Assembly (NCBI GenBank): GCA_965222225.1
Contig: CBDCTK010000002.1
Coordinates: forward strand, 5,344,001-5,408,000
Origin: Candidatus Poribacteria bacterium
Lineage (GTDB): Bacteria; Poribacteria; WGA-4E; JAJDTR01
Direction of reading: 5' to 3'
DNA length: 64,000 bases
Positions 54,393 to 63,704 of the stretch are shown here, piece by piece. A program made the translations under genes and the position numbers. The notes under the pieces are model-generated. The model was not told where the DNA came from and made no database searches. It worked only from the letters and a program-made list of their open reading frames with translations. How positions within the stretch are numbered: position 1 is the first letter of the stretch; each line of letters begins with the position of its first letter.

Positions 54393-54888
54393 GGATCAAC
54401 CGAGTGAACAGCGAGGGCGATAGTAAATCCCAAAGTGAGTGATCAAGCGACTGGATAAGGAGCGCGATAGAACTCCCATAGAGATCTTCTTGCCCCGCAT
54501 CGGAAAGACTTGATTGATGATGTTAATGCACTAATGCACTGTAAATAAAGGGAGATGGTATTACTTATCTTCGCCCGTTACTCCCTATGAAGTGAAGATA
54601 TCCAATGTGCCCATTCACCTGCTCACGAACACGGCAAGGGAATCATATCCATCGGCCCTCTTCGACAGATAGAGTTTCGTGGCGATCAAAGGAATGAATA
54701 GTGACTGCGATAGAGTTCCTTCCGCTCTCCCATCCATCCGTCTTTCCCTTTCTCCGCTTTAATAGCCTGCAGGTTGGGAGAACAATCAACGGAATGGATA
54801 ATGACCACGATAGCGCTCCCACCATCCTTTTGAAAGCACTGGCGGCACCAAAACCAACTAAGTGAAATGGCAAAACAATAGCTACATC

Positions 54889-56103
54889 CTAAAATTTCGC
54901 CTTAATCTGCAACCTCGCCTTATGCTGATACGGATTAGATTCGGAAGAGAGGATATTCTTTGCCGCGAAATATATTGCTTCCGTGCCGATATTCTCGGAA
55001 AGCGGCAGCGCAACTCTTAAGCCATGTCCCTGCGTATTCGGATTGAATATATCGGCATTATTATAGTTCGATATCATTGATTCTCGTTCAACCCAAACAT
55101 AGTAGTAACGTCCATGCAGTCTATGCAAGCCCGATATTGGCCCAACCCCGACTTCAAACCAATACGCCTCGTCATTGATGTCCGCCAATAGGTTTTGCGC
55201 ATAAACACCGGTAAACTTTGAAGGCATCGATCTGATTTCGGATTTATACTCTGCAAGCCACTCAACAATCCTAAACCCAAATAGATACGAGGATTCTCCT
55301 GTACCTGCCCCAATCCGCGCGTTCGTATCCCCACCACCTAATCTGCCATCCTCAACCGCTTGGGCGATGTTGTCCTCATTCCGATATTCATAGAGGATCG
55401 TACCAAGCGACAACCCTTCGAAATGCAATCCCCTAAAAAACAGTTGCCCCGCAAAGAGATTGGTATCCGGACCGCTCTTGGATTCCGCCAGAATGAATTG
55501 CCCAAGATTTACCTGTGCCTGACGAATCAAGCCGAAGTTATCTAGGCGAAACTGCTGCGCTGCCCCTTCAAACTGCACATCGTTGTGAAAGACCAACTCA
55601 ACACGTTCGAATGGATTGGCAAACTTACCAATTGTAAACGTCAGTAACGGATTCGGTGAATATCGGAGGAACAACCGATCGAGATTGAAATCCTTCTTCG
55701 AAAAATAATCGTCAAGGTCCACATTCCCTGTGGTCGGGTCATCCGTCGCACCCGTGACCATTCTGAATCCGAGATTAGCATGTGGCTGAATCGGAAAGTT
55801 TCCACCCAAACGGAATCTGATGCGATACCGATAGCGGCTCGGAGAACCCTCCCGAAAAATGCTTTCCTGACGAAATCTGCCATCGGCGGAGAAATACGTC
55901 CTCCAAAGTTCCTTGGCTATCTGAGATGTCTCTCGATCGCCTGACTCTGAAACGTCGAGGGCGCCAGCCTCCTGCCATTGTTGTCCTTTGGACGATGCCA
56001 GTACTTCACCGGCAATAGCCAGAACCAAGAGAACGGTAAAAAACACATTAACACGAGTGCCAAACCCGGCGTTTACAATTCTGTTTGTTTCCCCGTGGCA
56101 CAT
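54889..56103 (-). CDS. Putative outer-membrane porin
   Basis: ADGRFRQE..RYRYRIRFRLG, DPTTGN.DL, F.LDRLF, GKF.NPF, D..FEG, terminal F. Confidence 0.75.
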   Translation of the reverse strand: MCHGETNRIVNAGFGTRVNVFFTVLLVLAIAGEVLASSKGQQWQEAGALDVSESGDRETSQIAKELWRTYFSADGRFRQESIFREGSPSRYRYRIRFRLGGNFPIQPHANLGFRMVTGATDDPTTGNVDLDDYFSKKDFNLDRLFLRYSPNPLLTFTIGKFANPFERVELVFHNDVQFEGAAQQFRLDNFGLIRQAQVNLGQFILAESKSGPDTNLFAGQLFFRGLHFEGLSLGTILYEYRNEDNIAQAVEDGRLGGGDTNARIGAGTGESSYLFGFRIVEWLAEYKSEIRSMPSKFTGVYAQNLLADINDEAYWFEVGVGPISGLHRLHGRYYYVWVERESMISNYNNADIFNPNTQGHGLRVALPLSENIGTEAIYFAAKNILSSESNPYQHKARLQIKAKF

Positions 56104-56117
56104 AGCTTTCCTTAATT

Positions 56118-57020
56118 CTACCAATTGGAATCGTACTCCCATCCTGACCGTTGCTTCCCGTATCGTGTCCCGTTCAACTCGGTTTGATGGCAGTCCAAGC
56201 ATCTGTCATAGACACTCACACCGTGCACCTCATGCGCAAACTGGATGTCTGGAGTGTTGTGAACGTGGCACGTTCGACAGGTGTAGGTTCTATAAACTGA
56301 ATCGGCGTATATATTAAGCCCCTCCGTTTCTTTTCTGACGATGTATTTCCGTTGATTGTTGAGGTCGGTTATCAACCATTCGGACGCTTCCCTTCTCGTT
56401 GCCACGGTGGCATGTTGGGAGATTGGTATGCTTCGAACCTCGAACTCCCACTGAATATTTCCTGATAGAGTTTCATCTACATTTAGCTCGCTCTCAGATT
56501 CTCCATCCATGCTAAACACCAACGGTTTTGACGTATGACACTTTGCGCACGGAATGTCGTGTTCTTCAGTCAAAGGAAAGAATTCATCGTGCTCAAGTTT
56601 CTCACGACCATGAACGAGAATTGCAATGAGCAAAATGGGTGCCAGTGCCAAATGACAACGCAGCACAATGCGTCGAGACTGTGCTTTCGTGAGACTCACC
56701 GCAACCCCGGTTCCCAGATTGAGCCAAGCTAAACCAAACGTCAGCCATGAGTGCCATGTCTCTGGTTTAACGCTTGAATGAATCAAAACAAGGCACAAAC
56801 CGAACGACGCAAGCCCCTGGTGATATTTTAACAACCGGCTCCGATTCCCCCATCGAAAGAGTCGGGTTCGCAAAATATAGAGGCTGGCAATCACAATTGC
56901 AATGGCGCCGATAATGCTCAGCGTATGCCGTGATTCACCAAAGCTGGATTGGAGAATGAACACAACGGATACGGCGACAGCGGCGAGGACGCCAATTGCC
57001 ATCTGCAAGAACGGCTGCAT
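56118..57020 (-). CDS. Membrane-anchored multiheme c-type cytochrome (3 CxxCH) with His-bearing TM helices
   Basis: About 5 TM helices with His residues; CAKCH, CRTCH, CLDCH; start uncertain (ORF open to 57146). Confidence 0.7.
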   Translation of the reverse strand: MQPFLQMAIGVLAAVAVSVVFILQSSFGESRHTLSIIGAIAIVIASLYILRTRLFRWGNRSRLLKYHQGLASFGLCLVLIHSSVKPETWHSWLTFGLAWLNLGTGVAVSLTKAQSRRIVLRCHLALAPILLIAILVHGREKLEHDEFFPLTEEHDIPCAKCHTSKPLVFSMDGESESELNVDETLSGNIQWEFEVRSIPISQHATVATRREASEWLITDLNNQRKYIVRKETEGLNIYADSVYRTYTCRTCHVHNTPDIQFAHEVHGVSVYDRCLDCHQTELNGTRYGKQRSGWEYDSNW

Positions 57021-57504
57021 ACCGAAAGTTGTCCTTTTGTGTTTCGCTACTACAAATTTGATCTTGACGGTTTCTTCGGAAACGTAGCAGACGCGCAAAT
57101 TGTACCACATCCTGTGCGTGTTGAAAACACATATATGGGACGGCACCTATACCGTCCCATGAGTGTTGTAGGGATCGATCCTACCTTTGTCGCCTTTAGG
57201 AGGGAATTCCGATTTCCGACACTAGATAGCCAGTTGTAGGGTGGGATCAAAGGAATGGACAATGACTGCGATAGAGATCCCCCGCCCACCATTAAATACC
57301 TATTGGTAATTTACGTCTTCATGTTTGAAGAGGACAAATCGCGACACAATCAAATCATTTTGAACGGAGTTGACCGTCTTGTCAAGCGTACCATTCACCA
57401 GAGACAATTTGATGCTTGCATTAAAAGCCGGACTGTGATAGTGTCTAAGGCCACAAAGCCGCATGGTATTCCTCTACGAATAACAACAACGAGACGAAAA
57501 CAAG

Positions 57505-58157
57505 GTGGGACCTTTCTTATCTTTGCTCGCTCTAGGCTTTTCAGTTGCCAGCACTCCCAACGAGACTGAAGTCCAACTGATGGCTGGCGCCGCGGAGATT
57601 GCCGTCAATCCGCTCTATCCTGACACGGAAGGACTAGAAGCCTACGGTGACCTCTATGCACGCACGTTGGTGCTCGGCCACGGCACACAGCGCATAGCAA
57701 TCGTCACGGTGGATGTCGGCACGCTTCTTTTCCCTTTATCAACGTCCTGCTCAAGTCGATTAGCCATGCGACTGGCATTCCCGAGGGAAACATCGCCGTC
57801 AACTGGAGCCATTCGCACAACGCCACCCTTATCGAATCAGGCCCCTATCAGAAATGGTTGAATAGCCATATCGTCCGAATAGTGAGAAGCGCCTGCATTA
57901 ACCTCGTCTGTCTCCTTGGAGAGCGGTTCGCGGAATATCAGTTATTTGCAGTTGAGATTTCCCCGTTTTCGCATACCTTGGTGCTGGGTGACACCAACGG
58001 GCGCGTAGGCTACCTGGCGACAAAAAAAGACTACGACTTGGGGCATGCGGGCGGTTACGAGGCTTCCTCAAAAGGCCGCCTGAACTTGGATCCATCCGTC
58101 GAGGGAATACTCCAATACGGAATTAGACGCCTTTTGAACGAATTGATGGCGAAGTAA
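57505..58157 (+). pseudogene. Neutral ceramidase-like protein fragments (frameshifted, internally deleted)
   Basis: AGAAEIAVNP..DLYARTLVL..RIAIVTVD; shifted WSHSHNA motif; C-terminal GE.F.EY..SPF..TLV..TNG..GY..GGYE. Confidence 0.65.
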
Positions 58158-58366
58158 ATCTAGGAACGCTGAGACTGTTTGAGACCCCAAACTGAATAAA
58201 TCCACCGTAGGAGCGATCAAACGAGTGGACAACGTGAGCGATAGCAGATCCCATAGTGAGGGCGATAGAAATCCCACTCCGAATCGCGACTTTCTGACGC
58301 TGCGTAATTCTTAAATTGAGAAATCACCCTGAATCTGAAACCAAGTGAGACAAGGAGGAGTTGGCA

Positions 58367-59548
58367 ATGGCGCGTTTAGGTAAAGAAGAGGAACAAGCTG
58401 TTCTAAAAGTCTTGAGATCGGGTGAACTCTGTCGATTCGGCCCCGAGGAATCCACCGTCGCCGCTTTTGAGAGTGGCATTGCAGAAAAGTTTGGCGTCAA
58501 ACATGTGCTTGCGACAAACGGTGGCACCGCCTCTTTAATCGTTGCGTTATACGCTGCCGGCGTTGGCCTTGGCGATGAGGTCATCGTTTCGGGATTCACC
58601 TGGATTGCGACGCCATCAGCCGTCGCGATCGCGAACGCCGTTCCGATTATAGCAGAGATTGATGAATCCCTTTCAATCGATCCTGACGACATCGAAGCCA
58701 AGATTACGCCGCGCACGAAAGCTATCATACCCGTCCATATGTTGGGCATGCCATCCGATATGCCTAGAATAAAAGCATTAGCCGAAAAACACAATCTCGT
58801 GGTAATTGAAGATTGCGCACAAGCGATGGGAGCTTCTGTCAACGGCAAAAGAGTTGGCACATACGGTGACATCGGATGTTTCAGCCTGCAGCAGAGCAAA
58901 ATCCTCATTACCGGCGAAGGGGGTGTCGTGATGACGGATGATGATAATCTGTACGATAGAGCACGCATGACGCACGATGCTGGCAATTTGTGGGGAATCT
59001 CAAAGCAATCCGAAGCCGCCTTCCCGGGCATGAACTTCAGGATGGATGAGATTCGTGGTGCCGTGGCCTCGGTGCAATTGACGCGTCTGGATGACTTTCT
59101 GGAAAACACGAGAATCCGGAATGCCAAACTACGCGAAGCCATCGCCGGTGTAGACGGTATTGAGACGCGAAAACTCCACGATGGGGACGGTGATTGCAAT
59201 ATTTCGGTCGCATTTTTCCTCCCGACCCCGGATCTGGCGGTCAAGTTTGGAGAGGCAATGCACAAACACGGTGTTGGTGGCAGTCCAATGTACGCTCACG
59301 GAAATGGAGACAGGCACGTTTATTCAAATTGGCACTATATCCTTGAAAAGAAAACCTATCATCCCAACGGTTTGCCGTACTCGCATCCTGCCTACGAAGG
59401 TAAAATTCATTATTCCGATCGAATGTGCCCTAGGACGCTGGACTATCTAAGTCGCGCGATTCGCATCGGTATTCAGCCCGACATGACCGATGAGGCGATT
59501 GACAAAACCGCAAACGCCGTCCGTTTGGCGGCGCGAGATGTATTATAA
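58367..59548 (+). CDS. DegT/DnrJ/EryC1/StrS family aminotransferase
   Basis: GDEVIV..FTWIAT, IEDCAQA, FSLQQSKILITGEGG, G.NFRM. Confidence 0.93.
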   Translation: MARLGKEEEQAVLKVLRSGELCRFGPEESTVAAFESGIAEKFGVKHVLATNGGTASLIVALYAAGVGLGDEVIVSGFTWIATPSAVAIANAVPIIAEIDESLSIDPDDIEAKITPRTKAIIPVHMLGMPSDMPRIKALAEKHNLVVIEDCAQAMGASVNGKRVGTYGDIGCFSLQQSKILITGEGGVVMTDDDNLYDRARMTHDAGNLWGISKQSEAAFPGMNFRMDEIRGAVASVQLTRLDDFLENTRIRNAKLREAIAGVDGIETRKLHDGDGDCNISVAFFLPTPDLAVKFGEAMHKHGVGGSPMYAHGNGDRHVYSNWHYILEKKTYHPNGLPYSHPAYEGKIHYSDRMCPRTLDYLSRAIRIGIQPDMTDEAIDKTANAVRLAARDVL

Positions 59549-59614
59549 CCCGGTAGTGGGCATACTCGGTATGCCGTAACCCTTAACCCGTCGTAACCGA
59601 CATCGAAAAACAAC

Positions 59615-60361
59615 ATGCTTACAATAGACCAGATAGCACACTTCGATCGTGACGGATTTGTATTCGTCGAAGGTATGTTCTCGATTACTGAAGTCGACAT
59701 CCTACGCAAAGCTGTCAAATCAGCTTCGCGTGTACGGAAGCATACCATTGTGGCGCACGATGCCGATGATAATGAGTCTCCAATAGCAATATGGAGAGAT
59801 ATCGGAGAGGACGTTTTCGGCGTCGTGTCGGCAAGCCCTCGCATTGTCAACTCCATGAGAGCATTGCTTCGGGAGGATGTCTACCACTGGCATAGTAAGG
59901 TGATGCTCAAATACCCCGAAGGCGGCGGCGCGTGGGAATGGCATCAAGACTACGGCTACTGGTATGGAGACGGCTGTGCCTATCCGCGATTGGCTTCTGC
60001 CATGATTACCATTGATGAGGCGATGAAAGTCAACGGCTGCTTGAAAGTCATGGTCGGTTCACACTTGCTGGGGCGCCTCGACCACGGTCATGTGGGAAAC
60101 CAGCATGGAGCCGAACCTGAACGTGCCGAAGCCCTCGAGTCGATGCTCCCCGTGCATTATGTGGAAGCCAAGCCGGGCAGTGTACTGTTCCTCCACTGCA
60201 ATCTCCTCCACACCTCCGACGCCAATATGTCAAAGCTCCCACGCCTCGCCTACATCTGCTGCTACAACGCGTTTTCCAATATTCCTATTCTCGGGCCAAG
60301 TCACGGCCTGCCCGTTCCCATCCAATTAGGCCCCGACGACGCAATCCTCCAATTCGCCTGA
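59615..60361 (+). CDS. Phytanoyl-CoA dioxygenase family (Fe/2OG) protein
   Basis: WHQDYGYW, NGCL.V..GSH, LH.S..N...R. Confidence 0.92.
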   Translation: MLTIDQIAHFDRDGFVFVEGMFSITEVDILRKAVKSASRVRKHTIVAHDADDNESPIAIWRDIGEDVFGVVSASPRIVNSMRALLREDVYHWHSKVMLKYPEGGGAWEWHQDYGYWYGDGCAYPRLASAMITIDEAMKVNGCLKVMVGSHLLGRLDHGHVGNQHGAEPERAEALESMLPVHYVEAKPGSVLFLHCNLLHTSDANMSKLPRLAYICCYNAFSNIPILGPSHGLPVPIQLGPDDAILQFA

Positions 60362-60649
60362 GACGATGTCTGCGAATATTCCACTTAAAACCGAGTTTTT
60401 TCTTGAAATCTCGATTTTTAAAAATGGTTTGGAACAACCAGCCATCAGCAAATCGCCGATTTTCCCTCTTATTGCGATCGGGCGAGTGAATAACGATCAA
60501 CTGAGATCAAACGAGTGAATAATGTGCGCGATAGCGATCTTTGATAGCGAAGGCGATAGTAAATCCCATAGTGAACGCGATAGCAAATCCCGTGCGATAG
60601 AGATTCCATAGAACACGGTGAGACCCAACTATTTAGCTGCCCCGTCTCC

Positions 60650-61306
60650 CTAAAAAGGGCATTCATCCCGCAGTACGCACTCCTCGCAGCACGGGGTTTT
60701 TCGACATATTCTTGAGCTGTGACGGTCAATTAGCGCATGAAATTCGCTGAACAAACCTACATCATGAGGGAGCGCGTCCATAAACATTGCTTGGAGTTTG
60801 TCATAGTCGTATTTCCCCGTTATCCAGCCCAGTCGAGAGAGCAAACGATGAGTATAAGAATCAATCACAAAGATTGCCTTCTCCGCTGCATAGAGTATGA
60901 TAGAATCCGCGGTTTCGTTTCCAATTCCATAGATCGAGAGCAATTCGTCCCGCAACGTGAACACGTCGGCAGCAAACAGTGAATCCAGCCGATAGTTGTG
61001 GTGTGTCTCCAAATGCGCCAAGAACGCCCTCAGCTTCTTCGCTTTGACGCGGAAATAGCCGGAAGGTCGCACAAGTTCCTCCAGTTGTGGCTGCGGAATC
61101 TTCCCTAGCTTTGAAGGCGTGAGAAGATCTGCACCCCTCAGATTTCCGATTGCTTTGACGACATTTCGCCACGCAGTTGATTGCACCAATATGGCTCCGA
61201 GAATCACCTCAAAGGGTGTGTCTGCGGGCCACCAAGCCTGCGAGCCATACGCCGCCTTCAGTTGGATATAAAGTTTCAGTAGCTTGTCACGCGTAGGTTC
61301 ATTCAT
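60650..61306 (-). CDS. Endonuclease III-related HhH-GPD protein
   Basis: WWPADTPFEVILGAIL, RPSGYFRVK, GIGNETADSIILYA, C..P.C..C.L...C. Confidence 0.9.
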   Translation of the reverse strand: MNEPTRDKLLKLYIQLKAAYGSQAWWPADTPFEVILGAILVQSTAWRNVVKAIGNLRGADLLTPSKLGKIPQPQLEELVRPSGYFRVKAKKLRAFLAHLETHHNYRLDSLFAADVFTLRDELLSIYGIGNETADSIILYAAEKAIFVIDSYTHRLLSRLGWITGKYDYDKLQAMFMDALPHDVGLFSEFHALIDRHSSRICRKTPCCEECVLRDECPF

Positions 61307-61326
61307 TCAAACACCTAGGTATAAAA

Positions 61327-62553
61327 TTACGAATTGTGCATCATGCCTGTTGTGCCGGGATCACCAGCTACCAATGCCTCGTACATTCCTTGCAATTTTT
61401 CCCCGATTCGCCGCCAATCGTATTCGGCTTCGACACGTCGCCTCCCGTTGTCGCCAAGTTCCCGTCGCATCGCTTTGTCTACCATCAAATGAACAACGGC
61501 ATCGGCAAACTTGGTTGGCTCGTCGGCAATCATAATTTCATCTCCCACTGTCAAATTCAATCCCTCGGCACCAACGCTTGTCGACACGACCGCCTTACCC
61601 ATAGCCAATGCCTCTAGAATTTTCAGACGTGTGCCGCCGCCAATCCTTAACGCCACAACATAAACCGTGGCGCGTGCGATATGCGGTTTAACGTCGTCAA
61701 CTCGACCGGTGACGACAACTCCGGGGCGATTGCCGTAACGCTTCAAGCGCTCGGTGGGAGACTGGCCGACAACATAGAATCTCAAGTTTGGATACTTTGT
61801 CTGAATTATGGGAAGTATTTCCTCTATAAAGTAGATAGCGGCATCTTCGTTCGGAAACCAATCCATACTACCCGTATAAATTAGCGCTGTCTCCTCTTCA
61901 TCTTCATGATTTGGCTGATACAGCTCGGTATCAACACCGTTGGGAATCACGTCCGCACTAAGGCCCGGACAAATCTCATTCATGAGATTGCGGTCGACCT
62001 CTGACGCACAAGCGACAAGGTCAAAACGATTGCTCATGGTACGCTCGTATCGTCTAAACGCGCGCTCCTGCGTCCAAAAAACGCATTTTCGAAGAGGGTT
62101 TGACGTTTGTTCGCGAAGGCGGCGCCAGATGTGCGAATCAACGTTCTGCAGGGATAGCAAACTCTTTGCGTTTGTTCCTAGGTGATACTGACCGGTATGG
62201 AGCATCTCATAGTGGATAAGATCAAAGCTACCCGTCTCCAGCAATGAATGGAACTCTCGCCGAAATGCGGGCACATCATACCGTGCAACAGTCAGTGGTT
62301 TTCGCTTCAAAGCCGCTTGGCTCCCGGATCGTAGGTTGATTAGTGGTAAACGGGAGCAACGTGGAACAAGGTGCGCTTCAATCCCAAGACTCCGAAGATA
62401 CTCAGTTCCTTCCCCGTCTGTCGGTTGTGTTTCTAAGGCTAAAAACGTAACCCGGTTCCGCTGAGCGACCTGCTTGAGAAGATTCAGCACCCGAAGGCGC
62501 CCGCCGTCAGTCGCTGGAAAGGGGACAGTGATTGATAGGAAAAGAAGTCTCAT
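61327..62553 (-). CDS. Glycosyltransferase family 4
   Basis: PFP..DGG, IPNGVD, GSMDW.PN, GGGTRLKILEALAMG. Confidence 0.92.
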   Translation of the reverse strand: MRLLFLSITVPFPATDGGRLRVLNLLKQVAQRNRVTFLALETQPTDGEGTEYLRSLGIEAHLVPRCSRLPLINLRSGSQAALKRKPLTVARYDVPAFRREFHSLLETGSFDLIHYEMLHTGQYHLGTNAKSLLSLQNVDSHIWRRLREQTSNPLRKCVFWTQERAFRRYERTMSNRFDLVACASEVDRNLMNEICPGLSADVIPNGVDTELYQPNHEDEEETALIYTGSMDWFPNEDAAIYFIEEILPIIQTKYPNLRFYVVGQSPTERLKRYGNRPGVVVTGRVDDVKPHIARATVYVVALRIGGGTRLKILEALAMGKAVVSTSVGAEGLNLTVGDEIMIADEPTKFADAVVHLMVDKAMRRELGDNGRRRVEAEYDWRRIGEKLQGMYEALVAGDPGTTGMMHNS

Positions 62554-62945
62554 AAGCCAGTTTCAATCGTAAGCCTAACATTTTGAGGACAATGTGGAAG
62601 AAAGGTACACGCTCCCCGCCAGATTGGGAAATCCAACAACTCTTCATTCAACCGTTTGTTTGGCCTTCGTTCTTTTGCTCCAGAGCGGGATGGAGATTGG
62701 TCTTCGACGTTTGTAAAACGGGTATAGCTTCCCTTCTTCTGCTCTTCCTAGTCGATATGGAAGATAAACCATTGTTATTCAATCTCACCTAGGAACAGTT
62801 TTGTAGGGTGCGCACTGCGCACCAGCCTTTGAAAGCGCCAGCGGCGCGACAGGCAACAACACTCAAATGCCCAAAAAGGGCTTTGCCTTCTACTTTTCAA
62901 ACAGGCTATTATTAATCGAACTCGCCTAGAAGCAGGTTCGAAAGT

Positions 62946-63281
62946 TCAATATAGCTGGTCCGTCTTTGCCGCTGCGATGAAATCGTTGCGGTGCAATCCT
63001 CGTATTTTGTGAGTCCACCACGTGACCGTCACTCTGCCCCATTCTGTCAAAAGTGCGGGGTGATGCCCTTCCGCCTCCGCCAATTCTCCCACCTTGTTTG
63101 TGAAGGACAGCGCTTGGGGAAAATCGTCGAATTTGAAAACACGCTCCAGCCTCTTGATGTTCTCGCGTTCCACAATCTCCCATTCCGGGGTTTGTGGTAG
63201 AAATTCTGCAATCTCTGCCTCCGTAACTCTAGGGGCGTCTCTCCGACATGCAACACATTTCATTTGCGTTAACTCAGCCAT
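62946..63281 (-). CDS. phhB: Pterin-4a-carbinolamine dehydratase
   Basis: [29 protein letters not shown]. Confidence 0.95.
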   Translation of the reverse strand: MAELTQMKCVACRRDAPRVTEAEIAEFLPQTPEWEIVERENIKRLERVFKFDDFPQALSFTNKVGELAEAEGHHPALLTEWGRVTVTWWTHKIRGLHRNDFIAAAKTDQLY

Positions 63282-63570
63282 AATTCTTAGCTCCTATAAA
63301 TTGTTTGGTGATTCCGCTACCCACGAATCTTTAGCAAAGCAATTGTATTATCCTAAATCTGACAGGAATTTTCAACAGATATAGAACCTACCCAATTCGG
63401 CGTGTAGGAGCGATCAAGCGAACGAATAGTGAGTGCGATAGAGGTCCTCTCCAGCTCGCGACGAAACCGAGTTTTTTTCTTCAAAACTCGGTTTCTTTCT
63501 TGCAAAATTTCGACAGATGCAATCTACGACTGTCAAATTCCTGATACGACCATGCGGCAGGTAATTTCAA

Positions 63571-63600
63571 TTGACTCCACTCATCACTCGGAAGTATACT
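63571..63600 (+). promoter_or_regulatory. Sigma70-type promoter candidate
   Basis: TTGACT-N18-TATACT upstream of the TAXI gene. Confidence 0.45.
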
Positions 63601-63704
63601 CTCTCGACATCGGTATTTTCCATGCCGTACATACAGAATTCGGATTTAGAAATCCTACCTGGCGTCAACAACCGTTTCACCGAATAATAAGGACAAACTC
63701 CCTT

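Noticed and set aside
57141-57235. tRNA-like hairpins upstream of the cytochrome gene
   Set aside because: No T-loop (GTTCRA) or D-loop consensus; the hairpins resemble degenerate GTAG REPs.
58324-59265. Long antisense ORFs (313 aa here; also 43848..44711 and 7124..7801)
   Set aside because: These are shadows of well-supported genes on the opposite strand with no recognisable motifs.
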